The position numbers were made by a program, and so were the translations under genes. The notes below the pieces were generated by a model. The model was not told the origin of the DNA and searched no databases. It worked only from the letters and a program-made list of their open reading frames with translations. This document shows positions 46,392 to 48,057 of a DNA stretch of 48,057 bases, in pieces; the stretch's first letter is position 1, and the number at the start of each line of letters is the position of its first letter. Source of the DNA: a virus (taxonomy: Duplodnaviria > Heunggongvirae > Uroviricota > Caudoviricetes); the IMG/VR virus record IMGVR_UViG_3300048091_000424; one strand, given 5' to 3'.

Positions 46392-47180
46392 ATGTTTACC
46401 AGGATCCCCGGCGTTCCCCTGTTCAGGCGCCTGGCAGCCAACACCCGTGGCCGCGACTTTATCGTGGCCGACGTGCATGGTTGCTACACCCTGCTGCAGA
46501 GACTTCTCGACAAAGTGAGCTTCGATCCCACCAAGGATCGCCTCATTATTGCCGGCGACCTCATAGACCGAGGGCCTGAATCCATCAAAGCCCTGGACTG
46601 GATTTACAAACCCTGGGTGCACGTCGTTGCGGGCAACCACGACCTCATGTTGCTGGTAGCCGCATACAAGGGTGGCGATGAGTTTCATGAGGAGCATGGA
46701 GGCGAATGGTTTGTTCCTGTGATGCGGGAGCAACCTGATCTCGCTATGGAATTTGTTCAGGTATTTGAAGGGCTGCCCATCGCCCTTGAGGTCGAGTGCC
46801 TGGATGGCCGGCGATTTGGCATTGTCCATGCCGAATGCCCGCATTTCGACTGGAACGATTTTACGCACGCCTTGGAGCATGAGCAGAATCCGGCAAGGTT
46901 GGATAATATTGTTTGTGCTGCAACGCAGATGCGCACCCGAGACGAGCTCAAAGACACCACGTGCGTCACCGGGATCGACACTGTTTTCGTTGGCCACTCG
47001 CTGATGGATCAAACCCAGCTTCTGGGTAACACCCTGTACATCGACACCTGGGCATCTTCCGATAAAGGTCGACTTACGCTCATGCAGATGGATACGCGCC
47101 AGGAGTGGACACTGTCCCGTCCAGAACTGCGAGCCATGCGCCTCCGCGAGCAGGAATCAGCCAACAGCTTCGGCCCATAA
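46392..47180 (+). CDS. Serine/threonine protein phosphatase (PphA/lambda NinI-like metallophosphoesterase)
   Basis: ADVHG, GDLIDRG, GNHD, HAE and GHS metal-binding motifs, ...YIDT. Confidence 0.88.
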   Translation: MFTRIPGVPLFRRLAANTRGRDFIVADVHGCYTLLQRLLDKVSFDPTKDRLIIAGDLIDRGPESIKALDWIYKPWVHVVAGNHDLMLLVAAYKGGDEFHEEHGGEWFVPVMREQPDLAMEFVQVFEGLPIALEVECLDGRRFGIVHAECPHFDWNDFTHALEHEQNPARLDNIVCAATQMRTRDELKDTTCVTGIDTVFVGHSLMDQTQLLGNTLYIDTWASSDKGRLTLMQMDTRQEWTLSRPELRAMRLREQESANSFGP

Positions 47181-47240
47181 TTAGCAAGAATTGCCTGGCG
47201 GTGTCCGCCACAGGTACTGTCAGGTAAAGAGAGGATCACA

Positions 47241-48057
47241 ATGGCCGCCAACATTTCAGCCCTTCATCAACAGTTCATCCAGGGTTTTCAGCAGTATGGT
47301 TCGGATTACGCCCCGGACTTCCCGGAAATGTTCGATCATGGGGCCGTCTACCTTGATGCGGGCGGTATCTGCCAGCTGCCTTCAGCTAAATGGGTGCCCG
47401 CCGTCACTGCCGTCATGGTTGGAATGTCGCCCCATGTTGTTGGTCGCCTGTTCCAGCATTATGGCGTGAGGCCTGACGATTTTAAGCAGATCTACTACAA
47501 CCGCACGTGGGGCGCTCCTGGAGAAGAGGTGCCTGAAGGGTACAACCTTGCCAAAGGTATTCTGGAAGGCTTTGAGACGGTGCAGCTGCACCACTACCCT
47601 CTTGGTCAGGAATTGAATTCTGTCGTCCAATTTGCGCTGTTGAGCAGCCAACTCAAGGAGAACTGGGCGATCACCAAGATTCAGGCGCTCAGTCGCGCCT
47701 TCGACCAGGGAACAACTACCCCTGAAGATTTTTTTGACCAAGAAAACACCGAGCTCTTCGTTAACAGCTCCAATGTACCTACGCTTCCCAATCACAGCGT
47801 GATGGATTTTATCTCACGAAGTGGTCTACTCACCCCGGAGGTGGCCAGAAAGAAACTTTTCCGCCACGAAGCCTGGGAAACAATGCTCGTCGATTGGCAT
47901 ACGCTCAATAACGAGCGCTGGCTGCCTGTTTTTGAGTTTTGCATCAAAAACCTGGCCGGCGAACCACGAAAGGCGATGATCAGAGCCTTGCATTCCCTCG
48001 TTCCGAACGATGTCACCGACAATCAAAGCGTCGGCTATGTCTACCAAGAACTGATGG
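47241..48057 (+). CDS. Hypothetical protein, truncated by the window end
   Basis: GAGGA RBS and ATG 47241 (MAANISALHQQF...); the frame stays open to 48057, so it is absent from the ORF track. Confidence 0.7.
   Translation, partial: MAANISALHQQFIQGFQQYGSDYAPDFPEMFDHGAVYLDAGGICQLPSAKWVPAVTAVMVGMSPHVVGRLFQHYGVRPDDFKQIYYNRTWGAPGEEVPEGYNLAKGILEGFETVQLHHYPLGQELNSVVQFALLSSQLKENWAITKIQALSRAFDQGTTTPEDFFDQENTELFVNSSNVPTLPNHSVMDFISRSGLLTPEVARKKLFRHEAWETMLVDWHTLNNERWLPVFEFCIKNLAGEPRKAMIRALHSLVPNDVTDNQSVGYVYQELM

Noticed and set aside
47382-48047. Minus-strand ORFs 47382..47795, 47792..48022 and 47826..48047
   Set aside because: Shadows of a plus-strand gene starting at 47241 with a good RBS that runs off the window.

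Overview
Gene-dense accessory region that looks like part of a Pseudomonas-type megaplasmid. This is an inference from Pseudomonas-like parE/parC, DotL/IcmO- and PilB-family remnants, many short orphan ORFs and a large tRNA array; a jumbo phage cannot be fully excluded. The window holds about 50 mostly hypothetical CDSs. These include two ADP-ribosyltransferase-fold proteins, two ParB/Srx fusions, a Nudix fused to a dead ATPase, a degenerate DotL, an McrA-like HNH, an orphan PD-(D/E)XK nuclease, a GNAT and a PphA-like phosphatase. There is a complete extra topoisomerase IV operon (parE-orf-orf-parC). A minus-strand array at 42.3-45.5 kb carries 20 conventional tRNAs, 2 aberrant tRNAs and a 236-nt tRNA-shaped RNA, and ends in a YqeY gene. 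The most striking observation lies directly upstream of the array and is absent from the ORF track: a sigma70 promoter, a 25-codon leader ORF (MNAHINHQAKQMANNYFAKWCVRHV) and an intrinsic terminator with alternative pairings. 24 of the 25 leader codons are read by tRNAs encoded in the array, and 15 of the array's 16 intact anticodon types have a cognate codon in the leader. The RNA pairings predict read-through whenever the ribosome fails to reach the leader stop codon. This is a candidate ribosome-mediated attenuator that senses the tRNA pool and switches on a back-up tRNA operon. A second theme is a shared acidic/Ser-Gly-Pro C-terminal tail on about a dozen unrelated proteins, a candidate type IV secretion export signal. 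No CRISPR array, IS element, integrase or rRNA was found.
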